A stretch of DNA of 64,000 nt from Pavona decussata. Lineage: Eukaryota. The stretch is taken from assembly GCA_977016875.1 (NCBI GenBank), contig CDRNST010000185.1, forward strand, positions 1,054,001 through 1,118,000. The letters are read 5' to 3'. The notes below the pieces were generated by a model. It was given only the letters and a program-made list of their open reading frames with translations. It was not told the origin of the DNA and did no database searches. Positions 13,234 through 25,200 of the stretch are shown here, one piece after another. Made by a program: the position numbers and the translations under genes. How positions within the stretch are numbered: position 1 is the stretch's first letter; each line of letters begins with the position of its first letter.

Positions 13234-16200
13234 TTATTGAATAGCAATAAGTTGCTTTCTTTTCTTAGCATTTGCAGTGGTACACTTATTGGTAAACATT
13301 TTATGTAGCTTTCCTGGTTCCAATGGACGAATGCTTAGACTTGAAGCACAGGCTAGTAGATAACCTGGAAAAGAAATAATGTGAATATTAGGAAAAAAAA
13401 CTTAACAAATCTATGATGGCTGGACTTTCTATAGTCGTTAATTTTTACATGGCGACGCACAAACATGACTGTAAAGGCGCTGTTACACCAGACAACGTTT
13501 CATGCAACTTGTCTCGCAATTTTGTTGTGACACAAGTTGCACGAAAAATTGCCCTGTGTAACATACCCTGCAACGGACATGTCTCGCAACTACTTTGTTG
13601 CTGCAATTGTCGCAAAAAGTAGAATCCGGTTCTACTTCTCGCAACGATTGCGGCAACGCTACAGGAATATTTTTATGCGTTGCCTGGGGGTGTTTACACC
13701 AGGCAACGTCTCGTGCAACTCGTCTCGCAACGGAGCAACAAAGTTGCGAGACAGGTTGCACGAAACGTTGCCTGGTGTAACAGCGCCGAACTTTTTTCAT
13801 AGACACAAGCCACCCTTAATATTCGCATAATGCCAAGAAAGGTCATATCTGTAAGTGCATAAAAATCGTCACGCGAGGGGAAAATCAATCCACATCATTA
13901 GTCTCACCTTGAATAGCAGAAACGATGGCAGGGTTAAGAATTTTCTTGTTTTCTGGAACCAGTCTGGTTCCAAAAGCAACAGATGTTGCCAGCTCCTCTT
14001 CTGTAAAGAAGTGATCCACGAGTTCATGAAAAATGATCCGCAGATCGTAACCAGCCTTGTGGTGAATGGCCTTGTGCTTAGTTATTTGGATGAAGACGCC
14101 ACTATTGGGGCAGAGTTCTTGTCTCCCTACTCCTCCGTCTGAATGGGACTTTTGGAGCTGCTAAATAGATACATTTAATAACAGTAAACATACATACATA
14201 AATAATTATATAAAAGTTATACAGGATTCTGGGTGATATCTGCATTGTAAAGTGGAAAGAGCAACAGACTGACCAGTAGCCAGTATCAGATTGGATGTTG
14301 GTATGGCGTCAGCAGCCCAACTAACTTAACTATAAAGATCTCTGTAACATACCATATTAACTGACTTTGATGTCTTCTTCAAATATGATGTGTCATTTGC
14401 GACTTCGCCCATTGGGCTCAATGTCAATTCGTCTTCCTAGTTTATTAAACAATAATAACATATTCAGATGTTACAATATAAATGGCTGATACTATTACTA
14501 TGGGAATGCTTCAGTAATTTTGTTCACTTTGGAACCAAATTTCAATCCCAATAACAGCAACGAAGATCTATAGTTAACTGAGAAAGTCATGCATCTGGGA
14601 ATTGTATGTGTAACCTGGTCTCCCATCTAATAAAGCTGACATGTGAATATATGCGAAGAAATTGTAGAGACCAACTACCTTATTATAGTAATAAAAATTA
14701 ATTATTAAAAGTTTGATGTCGCAAAAACAAAAACTGGTTGTATTGAAGGAGTTAAGTTAAAAAAGTTCCACAAATTCGCGAAAATTTAGTGTCGTGAAAT
14801 ATCACCTTGTCAAAATAGCGAAATTAAGTTGTGGCAAAAATAATCTTTAGTAGCGAGATAATTATCATGAAGTAGTGCATACCTCGTTTGAAGTGGAGAG
14901 GCACTCTGTGAGTTTTTTAAGGTAACCCACAACTTGCATCGGCGCAGAAAGAAAAACTGCAAACAATAACAATGTTAGATGAGAAATATACCGGCCAGAA
15001 TATTTTATGTGGTGCCACGCAAAGGTTTATTTTGAACCAATAAACAATTCAGGTCGTTCAGACATGTCATCAAGTTAAAGTTAACTTTTAGTTTGTTTTT
15101 GTTAGGTTTAGTTTTTAATCAAAATGGACATAAACAGAAATACCCACTTCAAAACAAATCGCTATGTTAAACACCGTTGTGATGCCCGAGATAACAATTG
15201 TCAGTAAAGTGAGCCTTCCAAGATTGATTTGTCTGATTTGCAAGAGCAAATTATTCTTGATGGAGGCGATGAACTAAAGAGATTACCTGAACACTTTTGT
15301 TTGAGCTCCTCCAACTGGGCCTGGAGTTCCTCATTCCTTAACTTGTAAATGGCACAGTTTGAACACGCTGCAGATTCGGGTAGGGGCTTTGCTGCAAAGT
15401 TTCCATTCAGTCTTTGAGGTTCATCCACATCATACGATTTCCGAATCGCTCCCCCTAATACGTTTGCTAAACTGTCACGGGGTGGGTCCACCTGGTCAGA
15501 TAGAAGGCCCATGTATGATGAAATAGGAGTGGTCTCACGTATTGGTGATATGGTCGTGTGGGAGTGCACGTGGGTTTGTGGACGGGTGTTGGCAATCGGT
15601 GTTGAGCTTGCCTTAGGTGGACTAGTGTGGGTTGGTGATGTTTGAGGCGTAATGTTAATGTGTGAATTTGGTTTGCTCTGTGGTGAATTTAGTAATGAGT
15701 TTATTCCAGCTTGTGGCGGTGGAATTGGTTTGTCGTTGCTGCTTTTTGGTACCGGGATATTAACGACCGGTGGCTCGTCGGTGTCGGTGGAAAGATCAAC
15801 GACAACCGCAGGTTTTGCACTTACAGCATTAAAAAATGTTTTTGCCCTCAGTTGAGCGGCCTCCACATTCGCTGATTGAATCTTTTTTTTTTCCGCTAGG
15901 GCCGTACTTTTTTCTGTTTTTTTGGCGGCAGGAGTCGACTGGTTGTCCTTGCTTTCCTTCCGCTTGCTATTTCGGACCGGATTTGGCGTCGATTCATCAT
16001 TTTCCACCTGGGCCGTACTCTTTTTTGGCTTTTTGGTGGCAGGAGCCGACTGGTCGTCCTTCTTGCTTTCCTTCCGCTTGTTTTTTTTGCCTCGATTTGA
16101 CACCGATTCTTCATTTGAGTCAGTTCCATTTTCATCTTGGAGCTCCTGCCCTTTGGGAGTCTTTTTTCGCTGTCTTGGCTTATCTATGGCCTCGTTTTCC

Positions 16201-17194
16201 TTATTTTCTGCGTATTTGTCACAGAGCAGGTGGAGTTCTTCTTCGTTTTCTAAATAAAATAATTAAATGAGAATAATTACGCCAATGCAAAGTGTCGTGT
16301 CACAAATTATTGCTCACCGGACTCACTGGTGGTAATTGATATCACGTCACTCAAAATAACAAATCATGACCAGTTTCCGACATACACATCTGACAGATTG
16401 AGGCAAACACATGAATCGGTGCTTTATCCAGGCTATTTTTATATTACGTGAAAAGCGTGGAAGCTAATCTACCATTTTGGTCCTGAAAATTCACATGAAT
16501 TCTGTCCCTCCCAGTTGTCGGCTTCGAGAGAGTTGGCTTTATATATAGCTATTCTTTAAATTATGAGCGGCTTTTTTTGATATGCGTGATTTTGAAGTTT
16601 GTCCTGACGCCTTACGGAACCCACGCGCACGCGACATATCGATCAGAGTGACACATGGTATTTTCAGATATCCAGTCACGAAAGAGTTGCATAAATTATG
16701 CCAGCATGGCTTCACTGAGGTCGCGCTTTATAAATATATACAAGATTAATAATATCATACATTTCGGTTTGTATTTCAAATAAAAATGTAGCAAGCGGTT
16801 AAAATATTAGTGTTTTATATAATGTATGTTCCAAATATCAGAATATCAGCTGTAAGGACCATAAGAAGAAGCTTTTTAATAAAGTTTGAAACTCAGGTAA
16901 TTTTCCCGCCTAACTACATTTTCAATTACATTTTCCCATAGACATCAAGGTATTCGGTTTTCCGAGTCTGACTACATGTGAATGATACTAAGATATATTA
17001 CAAAACTTACCAGAGTACTTAAGAATCTTGGCCTGGAACCACGAAGTATGTATTTTCTTACTCTTTACGGTGCGCCAAGCTACCGTTGCCACTTCTCCTT
17101 CTTTGATATCTGTACCCATGATGTCCGTTGCTGGCACAACTGAATACTGATCCTCTTCGATCCACAGAACACTGGCAGATAGACTGGCACTCAT
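13234..17194 (-). CDS. BEN-domain protein (562 aa, 6 exons), CACTA accessory gene
   Basis: Exons 17194-17011, 16249-15287, 14956-14883, 14436-14353, 14160-13908, 13364-13234; GT-AG, phase-consistent, total 1689 nt. The C-terminus IFHELVDHFFTEEELATSVAFG..KKILNPAIVSAIQGY..MFTNKC matches the BEN pattern. The middle is basic and low-complexity with a CxxC and coiled coil. Confidence 0.82.
13476..13787. mobile_element. Harbinger-like MITE in intron 5 of the BEN gene
   Basis: ~50-bp TIRs starting GGCGCTGTTACACCAG. TSD imperfect, so the superfamily is tentative. Confidence 0.7.
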
Positions 17195-17548
17195 TTTTAG
17201 GTAGAATTAGATGTTAGAAGCTGACGATATTTGGCAAAATAATCTCTCACGAAGTAGCTATGTTAGCACACCTTCAAATGCAACGGCGAAGTAACCGAAA
17301 ATCCCGCCTTGCCGTTTGTAGGCTAGCTATCGGTTACTGCATACTGATTGGGGGATTTTGAGTAACTGGTATCACTTACACATACGTATTTCAATTCTTT
17401 GGTGATTTGAAATCACTGTAACACAACACAAAAGTCGCTTTGTCCTGATCGATTGAATTGCATCAAATAGGAAAAAAAAGCACAAAAAGTTCCTTAAGAT
17501 CTCATCAGCCGGTTGCTTGTTTGGAGCAGTTGAGCACAAATCAGGACC

Positions 17549-20425
17549 ATGTCTGGAGAGCAGCCAAAAGAGAAGAGAAGACGAAGAACAAAAGCTGAAA
17601 TAACGAAAGACTTGAGTGGAAATTATACCGAATCAAGCAGTCGTGTGGACTCCATTCAGAAAAGTATGGAGCAACCTTCACGTGCCGATACGGCTATTGC
17701 TTCCGAGAATAGGGCACAATTCCTGTATGATGACATTTCTCACCAAGAAACTGATCTGTCTTTTCCATCTTTTGATTTCGAAGAGAGTGCTGTTCTCATG
17801 AAAGGGGATAATGCTGTTAAATTTGCAACGGAAAACTTTGAACCTACAGGGCTCACTGATAAAAGCTTTATTCATTCAATGAACAATGAAGCATCTTTTT
17901 CGCAGAGCCCAATTGGTTTTGATTCCACCGTGGATTCTTTATTATCAGAAGAGAACACAAAAGACGAGGAGTCTGCCTGGTTACAGGAATATTTAACAAA
18001 AATACAAGACACTCTTCACGAAGAGCTCGTTCATGTGGAACAAGAGGCAAGCACAGAAGAGGAAACGATGGAAGATACATTCAAGTTGCCTACGTGCGGT
18101 ACTGATAAGGAAAGTGAAAATCAGGATAATTTTGATCGCAAACCCTTATATCCAGGAGCAGCCATTACTGTTGGCTTGAGTGCTCTTCTGATTATGACAT
18201 TTGCCCTCAGACACATGTTAAGCGGGCAAGCTTTATCGGACATGCTGACTTTAATTAGCGCTCACTGTCTTTCTCCAAACCTTTGCATGAAATCTATCTT
18301 CCAACTCAAGAAACATTTTCACAACCTTAAAGCACCCATGCATTTCCACAGATATTGCTCGCACTGCTTCCTGCAAATCGAAAACGACCTCGCCGTTTGC
18401 CCGAATTCTTTTTGTGCTCGTGACTTAACATGCTCTGGGAACACAGCCTTCTTCATTGAAATACCAATCGCATCACAAATTCAGGATTTTTTTGCAAGAC
18501 CTGGGTTTTTAGAGCTGCTTAAACATCGATTTGTTCGGGTTAAAAAAGGTGAACATCACATTGAGGACATTTACGATGGTGAGCTCTACAAAAGGCATGC
18601 AGGTATCAATGGAATACTGTCTAGTGAAAAAAACATTTCACTTATGTGGAACACTGATGGCATCCCAGTATTTAAGTCATCGAAGTTCGCTCTTTGGCCC
18701 CTTTATTTTGTAATAAACGAACTGCCTTACAAAGAACGTATTAGTAAAGACAACATGATTTTTGCAGGCCTCTGGTTTGGCAGTTCTAAACCAATCATGT
18801 TGACATTTCTTCAGCCTTTTCATTCGTCTCTGTCCATTCTGGAGAATGAAGGTTTGCTTGTTGAAACCTCAGAAGGACAACATTTCACGGCACAAGCAAT
18901 TTTGCTAGCAGGTACAAGTGACCTACCTGCCAAGTGTTTGGTGTGCAACACAGTTCAGTTCAATGCATTTTATGGCTGCATGAAATGTAAACTGGCGGGG
19001 AAAACTGAGAAGACGGGTAAAAGAGGAGGACATGCACACGCTTTTCCCTTTAACTTTGAAAACCCTAAGGGCCCAAAACGTACTCACACGGAAACGTTGG
19101 AGGAATCACGTCAAGCAGCTGTACAAGGAAAACCTGTCCATGGCATTAAAGGTCCATCGTGGTTTAGTGGGCTCAAACATCACGATATTATTGAAGGAAC
19201 AGGGATAGATTACATGCACTGTGTTTTACTTGGCATATGTAAACGTCTTCTTGGTCTGTGGTTTGATTCAGGAGAAGCAGCGGACTATAAAATAAGTTCC
19301 CGTCTTGCTGAGGTGGATGCAAGACTCGCCGCCATTAAGCCACCAAATAATATATCAAGAGTCCCTAGGTCGATTGAGAATCACCGGAAATACTTTAAAG
19401 CCTCTGAATTACGTTCGTTTTTATTGTTTTATGGCCCTGCTGTTCTTTACAATATTCTTCCAAAACCATACTATGAACATTTTCTTTTTCTTAGTGAAGC
19501 AATTTTTATCCTGTTGCTAGACTCGATAAGCGAAACGCAATTAGAACATGCTGAACGCTTATTGTTTCACTTTTGCATTCTCTTTGAGGGTTACTACGGA
19601 CTACGTTTTCAAACAGCAAACTTCCATCTTCTTGTCCATTTAGCTGATAACGTGAGGTCATTGGGGCCATTGTGGACACATTCGTGTTTTCACTTTGAGG
19701 ACAAGAATGGCTTTCTGTTGAAAACATTTCACGGAACTCAAAACATTCAATTTCAAATAATATCAGCCGTGTCTATTTCAAAGAGGCTTCCAGAACTACG
19801 AAGAACTTTTCTTCCAGAGGAGGGTCCAATTACTGATTTCTACCGGGGAATGGTATCCTCCAGGCGGATTTCAAATGGAGTAGAATTATTTGCGGGATGT
19901 TTTGCCCTGGGAGCAAGTTCAGAGCGAAAGCTGACCGATTTTCAGCTTCAGGCCCTCACAGAATTCTTGGGACTTGCACCCCCAACTTCTGTGGTAAAAT
20001 CATTCAAACGGCTTAAGTCTGGAAGTCGCGTTTTCCACTCAAAGGCGTATGAGCGAGTCTACAGTAGAAACAGCTTTACAGTTCGCGTAATTAAGGATGA
20101 AAATGTCCGAGAATATGGGCAAATTGAATTTTTCTTCCAGTGCGAGCCTATATGTTTCTGCCTATCAAAGACCACTTGCAATTGCCGCGTTCGTAACTTG
20201 GCTGTCTTAACAAGACTGCGTGACTGTGTTCGCATCAAATTGATTGATGACCACGACACAAATGCTTCCTGTTTGCATATCAAGGTTGTTGGACCACCGC
20301 AGGCAGAGGATGTTATTGTGGTGGATATCAACCACATAGAGCACAAATGTGTTTTTATGTACTTTGATGACATGCCGGATGTTGCCTTTGTAGCTGAATT
20401 CCCAAATGCAGTTGAAACAGATTAG
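17549..20425 (+). CDS. EnSpm/CACTA (Transposase_21-type) transposase, 958 aa, intact, single exon
   Basis: Motifs YCSHC..CP..C, DIYDGELY, NTDGIPVFKSS..LWP..INELP..R, SDLPA, GCMKC, DYMHCVLLG, KASELR, N.HLLVHL...V...GPLW..SCF.FE..NG. Confidence 0.92.
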   Translation: MSGEQPKEKRRRRTKAEITKDLSGNYTESSSRVDSIQKSMEQPSRADTAIASENRAQFLYDDISHQETDLSFPSFDFEESAVLMKGDNAVKFATENFEPTGLTDKSFIHSMNNEASFSQSPIGFDSTVDSLLSEENTKDEESAWLQEYLTKIQDTLHEELVHVEQEASTEEETMEDTFKLPTCGTDKESENQDNFDRKPLYPGAAITVGLSALLIMTFALRHMLSGQALSDMLTLISAHCLSPNLCMKSIFQLKKHFHNLKAPMHFHRYCSHCFLQIENDLAVCPNSFCARDLTCSGNTAFFIEIPIASQIQDFFARPGFLELLKHRFVRVKKGEHHIEDIYDGELYKRHAGINGILSSEKNISLMWNTDGIPVFKSSKFALWPLYFVINELPYKERISKDNMIFAGLWFGSSKPIMLTFLQPFHSSLSILENEGLLVETSEGQHFTAQAILLAGTSDLPAKCLVCNTVQFNAFYGCMKCKLAGKTEKTGKRGGHAHAFPFNFENPKGPKRTHTETLEESRQAAVQGKPVHGIKGPSWFSGLKHHDIIEGTGIDYMHCVLLGICKRLLGLWFDSGEAADYKISSRLAEVDARLAAIKPPNNISRVPRSIENHRKYFKASELRSFLLFYGPAVLYNILPKPYYEHFLFLSEAIFILLLDSISETQLEHAERLLFHFCILFEGYYGLRFQTANFHLLVHLADNVRSLGPLWTHSCFHFEDKNGFLLKTFHGTQNIQFQIISAVSISKRLPELRRTFLPEEGPITDFYRGMVSSRRISNGVELFAGCFALGASSERKLTDFQLQALTEFLGLAPPTSVVKSFKRLKSGSRVFHSKAYERVYSRNSFTVRVIKDENVREYGQIEFFFQCEPICFCLSKTTCNCRVRNLAVLTRLRDCVRIKLIDDHDTNASCLHIKVVGPPQAEDVIVVDINHIEHKCVFMYFDDMPDVAFVAEFPNAVETD

Positions 20426-21181
20426 TGCGTTTTTTGATCACAGGAATTCACTCGCGCAGTTTTATGAGTACTTAGTATTAATATACATAAGTTTTTTGAG
20501 CATCCGAACGCGGGAAAGTCCCGGCTGGGAGTGAACTCTGGGGGCCTTTCCCTATACCTTGTTATGGTATTTTGTATTTTTTCGCGACTGATTTTGTTGT
20601 ATTTGATTGCTTAGTTGAATTCAATGACAGGAAGGCCCCGGCCATAGAAATCTAGCAACGTTATAAAACGTTTTAGGATGTAAATATAAACAGATAGTTT
20701 GAAACATATTATAAACTAATTGCGATTTTGAAACGGCAATGACTGCATTGGTGTTTGAAGAAAATATATTTCGTATTTGGCAGAGTCGCGAATTGCAATT
20801 TTGAGACAGGGATGGCTACATTATATTGACGGAGTTGTGAAGCGACGGAGCCCAATACGGTTTTTTTTTTCCAAAGCTGTCAATGAAGGGCCGTCTCAAA
20901 ATCACGATTGACCTATTTTTCAGGCAAAACGAAAGTAAAACTGAAGATTGCGCTGATTAAAATATAAATTCTTATTCGCTGCGATGTATAAACGTACACG
21001 ACTGTTTTTGCGTGTAATCAAATATTTTTTTGGCAGAAAACTTATCAAGATACGGACATTTTACTCCATAAATTGCTTATTTCTAACGAGACAAATTCGA
21101 ACTTGCATCCTTATGAAGTTTTCTAAAGTACCAGGCACCGGGTAAACATGTAAAATAACGCAAACTCGACGAGCTTTTTAC

Positions 21182-21826
21182 TGTGAAAACAGGTTTTGCC
21201 TTCACAAAACGGAAACACCGACGGACGGGGAAACTCTTCAAAACACTTCGGTAAAGGCCTTTCTCCTGGGGGAACACTCGCTGGCTGCGGGAAGGACCGA
21301 GATCTCTTACGGCAAGCGAATTTCTCTGAGACAGTAAAACCACACAGAACTTGGCTCCAACGTAGGGTTTAATACCAAAACTATAACCTCGCGTACAGTC
21401 AAAACATAAGCAAGGATATAACCAAGGATGTAACCAAAGAAAATCTTACAAAGCACTTGTATTTACGTGCAGAGCTAGCAAAGCATTCGAATTACATCAT
21501 TTGTCAACGAGTCAGATTACAGAATACAACAATCATTTCTGAAAGTCTATTGGACGAAATCTAAGCTTATCCTGAAACATTAATTACTTTCAGAAGCTAC
21601 ACAGGTGGATAACAGTTTAACAAAAGGCTAGTGCAGGTTACAATAACACTTCAACGCTCAATTACAGTTATGATCTTATAAGAACCGTTTACGCCTAATT
21701 GAACTACAGGTTGTGTTTACGGTTTATCGAACTTGAAACTAACGAACTTATTATTTTCTACGTTGGTTTTTATATTTTTGTCAGCAAAGCAAATTAAACT
21801 GAATATCTATAAATCCTCTCATCACA
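21182..21826 (-). repeat. 3' LTR (645 bp)
   Basis: Direct repeat of 27048-27692. Adjacent to the PPT. Confidence 0.95.
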
Positions 21827-21837
21827 TTCCTCCCACC
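21827..21837 (-). other. Polypurine tract
   Basis: GGTGGGAGGAA directly abutting the 3' LTR on the minus strand. Confidence 0.75.
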
Positions 21838-22249
21838 TTAGCTCGAAACCCTCCTGGGTCGAGCAATAAAAATAGAAAGAAAACAAGTAACTGGGAAAAA
21901 AAAAGCACAGCGATGAAAATTTGAACACGGTTGGTTACGTGAATTGTTTGATTTGTTTTGAAGTGGTTTTGTAATTTTTGTTTTTGTTTTTTGGTGGTTT
22001 TTTAAAATTTTGTATTTGTTTTTGTGCCTGAACCGCGGCATAAACCGAGCTACCTAATATAGCGGCCTCGGGGGTTCCTTAAAAAAATGTCTTGCGCATG
22101 CATAACTTACTCTGACAATGTACGAATGTCAATAAATCTTGTTAGCACACTGGTGCATCCAATCTTTCAAATAATCATTGTTGATTTCCTCTAACATTTC
22201 TCACCTAAAGCTTATCTTCACTTAAACGTTTCTAGTACTTTGAGCACTC

Positions 22250-25200
22250 TTATGACTTATGACTGGCAACGCATGATTTCGGGATCTCTTTAACACACAA
22301 TTGTCTTACTGCTCGGGTTCTTTCTTTCTTGAGCTCACCAGTTAGGTTGCCTACACTTGGACTCAAATCACTTAAGGCTAGTGCAAAAAGTAAACATGAA
22401 AAATTGGACTTGAATTTAGCAGAGGTAAAGGGATCTTGCCAGTTGTGGGCAAATATTCTGGTCATCAACTCGCTATCGTGGTCAAGAGAACGCGTAGAAA
22501 CGTTTTCCGATGCGTTGAATACTATTCGGTTACCACTGTAACACTCGCAGCTCTTGGTCTCCTTTACTGACCGCATTCTTTCTAGGCTCTTGGCTTGCGA
22601 AGTTGCGCATAGATATAGTACAACCAAGAACAACAGCCATAACGACGAGGTGAGAGACCCATGTACACTTCTACACTCTGTCGTGTTTCTTGACAAATTA
22701 GTTAGTCGCTGAGCTTTCTTGTGATCGTCAAAGTCGGTCTTTGCAGCAGACATCAATTTGGCGGGTTTGGCCTTCTTGAAAGGTCGAGAGACGTAGGTGG
22801 CCATTACACGTTCACTCTTTGGGACTGACGTTTTCTTGAGCTTCGAGGACTTATCTACTAGAGAAACGCACTTGTTTTTCAAATCTATCACAGCATCCTT
22901 CTCGACTAAGAAATCTGATCCAAGTATTGCCTCAAAAGGAAGGTTTTGCATAACGTGGAACTGACTATGGTACACAACACCACTTACTTCCACTGGTATG
23001 CCAATCTGTCCTAACACAGGTACTCTGTCGCCACTGATTGCGTTAACAGACGGAACTAACCCATCGGTCATTTTTGCTGTGTACTCACGACCATAGATCT
23101 TCTTCACGAGGTTTTCATTTATAGCGGAAACACATGCTCCAGTGTCTATGAGTAAGTCGACTGGGTGTCCTTGTAACTTTCCACTTAGGAACACATTACT
23201 TCTCGCAAATTCTGCTACGTGCCTCTTCTTCTCTGGTTGTTGGACATTGTTGCTAGTGTTGCACGTTTGTATCTGAGGTATTTGTTCTGATAGAGGCTCT
23301 TCTTTACTGATGATCGTCACTTGACGGTTGATTTTCTTTAGATCTCCTTCAGTGGGCGAAGAAACGGTGACTTTAATGTCTTCTTTGTAAACGTGCTTGT
23401 AGGGCTCAGGTAACTGATTACCGGAAGGTTGATCGCGATGGTGGAACGTTCTCGCGTGGGATGTCTGGTTCCTTGGTCGATTGGTGTGTCTCGAAAAATG
23501 CTTCTTTCCAGAAAAGGTATTAAACGCACCCACATAAGTTACTCTTTTCCGTGGTACCGGGCCTACTGGGGTCTCACTGCCTCCAGCTAAACGGGAACCA
23601 TTGAAACACTGATTCTCTCTCGGATTAGCTGCAATGTTGTCAGATGATGCCTGAGCAGCTGGCCATGGCTGGGATGCGATTGGATATTCTTCCGGGAGCT
23701 GTTGTTGTGGTAGATCAAACTGGTGGTAGCTACTGTAATAAACATTCTCAGGACAGTTATACTGATAATGACCAGGACTGTTGCATTTGAAGCAAATTGG
23801 TCTTCTATCTCGGATTCTCGGGCGTTGTTGTTGGTCGTATTGTCGACGTGTAGGCTTTCCTCTGATTCGAACTTCAACTGTAAGATCTTGAGGTTTGCTC
23901 ATCCTGGTGGAGCAAGCACTTATGTTCCTATTGAAAGTGCTTTTAGACTGTACGGTGTCAGGACTGAGGGAATTTGATCGGTTTTCCTGTACTGTCTTGG
24001 GAACTGTTTGGGGGGTCTGTGCTGGCTTAGTACTGCTGTCTGCATGATGGACTTCATTGACGGACGTGCCTCTGTCATCCGTAACTGTAACTGGGTTGTC
24101 AATTGAGTCGTTTGTCTCAATCTCATGATTCACGGTGGCTGGGCTTTCTGTGATAACACCTCCACAGGTGAATCCAGTTCTGTCTTTTCCTCCCTTCACC
24201 TGTTTAGCAGTGTGCGTGTGTGTCGAATTGTCGCCTTTGGCTGTTAAATACTGTATGGTCCTATCTGTCTGCAATGATGGAGGTACCCTGGAAACTACTT
24301 CTGCGAAGCTAGGTTTCTCTGGTCGGGGACTGGGTTGCTCAATCACGATTTCCTGCAGTTCCCAAGGGTCTGATAAATTAGGCGAGCAGACGTCTTCGAC
24401 CCCTGGATAGGGAGGCGGCTGGACATCTTGTGGAGGCAGTTTCACAACCATTACTGGTGGTGGGGTCTGAGGATCACTATCATGGTGCCTTAAATCTCCA
24501 GTGTCGGTAGTCTGGGTGTGCCTGTCTGTAGGCCACAATGGATATGGAACTGGAGCTGGTAGATCAAACATGGCCACGCACTCGCTTTCGTCGTGGGACG
24601 AGTATTCCTCTTCTGATAGGGGCGGTAATTGAAATAGGGGTGGATCTAGCTGGTCACTGGTATCCTCTTGGAAAGGAGAGTCGCTGTGGCTGTTCTTGAG
24701 GGTCTGATCTGATGTGTTTAACCCTGGGTTTGATGTAAAATCTGTGGATGGTGGCTCGGTAGGTAGCAGGGTTAACCAAGGTTTTGTAAACTGATCAGAT
24801 GGCAGTAAAAACTGGTTAGCGGTCTCTGTCTCTTTGGAACCTTCTGTCAGCGCGGAGATGGCTGGGTGTGGTATAGTTTCTTCTTCACCAGGCCCTAGGT
24901 CAAAGTCATCCAAGCAGTCGTACCCTTCCTGTCCGGTTTCGTAATCGTAGTAAGAATCCCAATCACTGGGGTATTCAGGTCCGTCGAGTTCACTCGCCTC
25001 TTCAAATTGGCTGTGGGGCACTGTGACATCCATGAACTGTCCCAATGAAGGATCACTTTTATTGTCAAAAGCAGCGACATGGTTTGGTTGTCGTGGTGGG
25101 GGCAAGGCTCGCGGGCGTGTTTGAAATCCCGTTGACCGCATACTTGTATCAGGAGCGGGTAACGCGTACCTGGGTGCCGGCTGTCTTTCACGGTTTCTTC

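Noticed and set aside
13413-13888. Cluster of Cys-rich overlapping ORFs
   Set aside because: They arise from the palindromic MITE 13476-13787 in an intron.
21083-21343. Duplicated small ORF MVLLSQRNSLAV (also 26937-27209)
   Set aside because: A by-product of the identical LTRs; the ends differ outside the LTR and there are no protein motifs.
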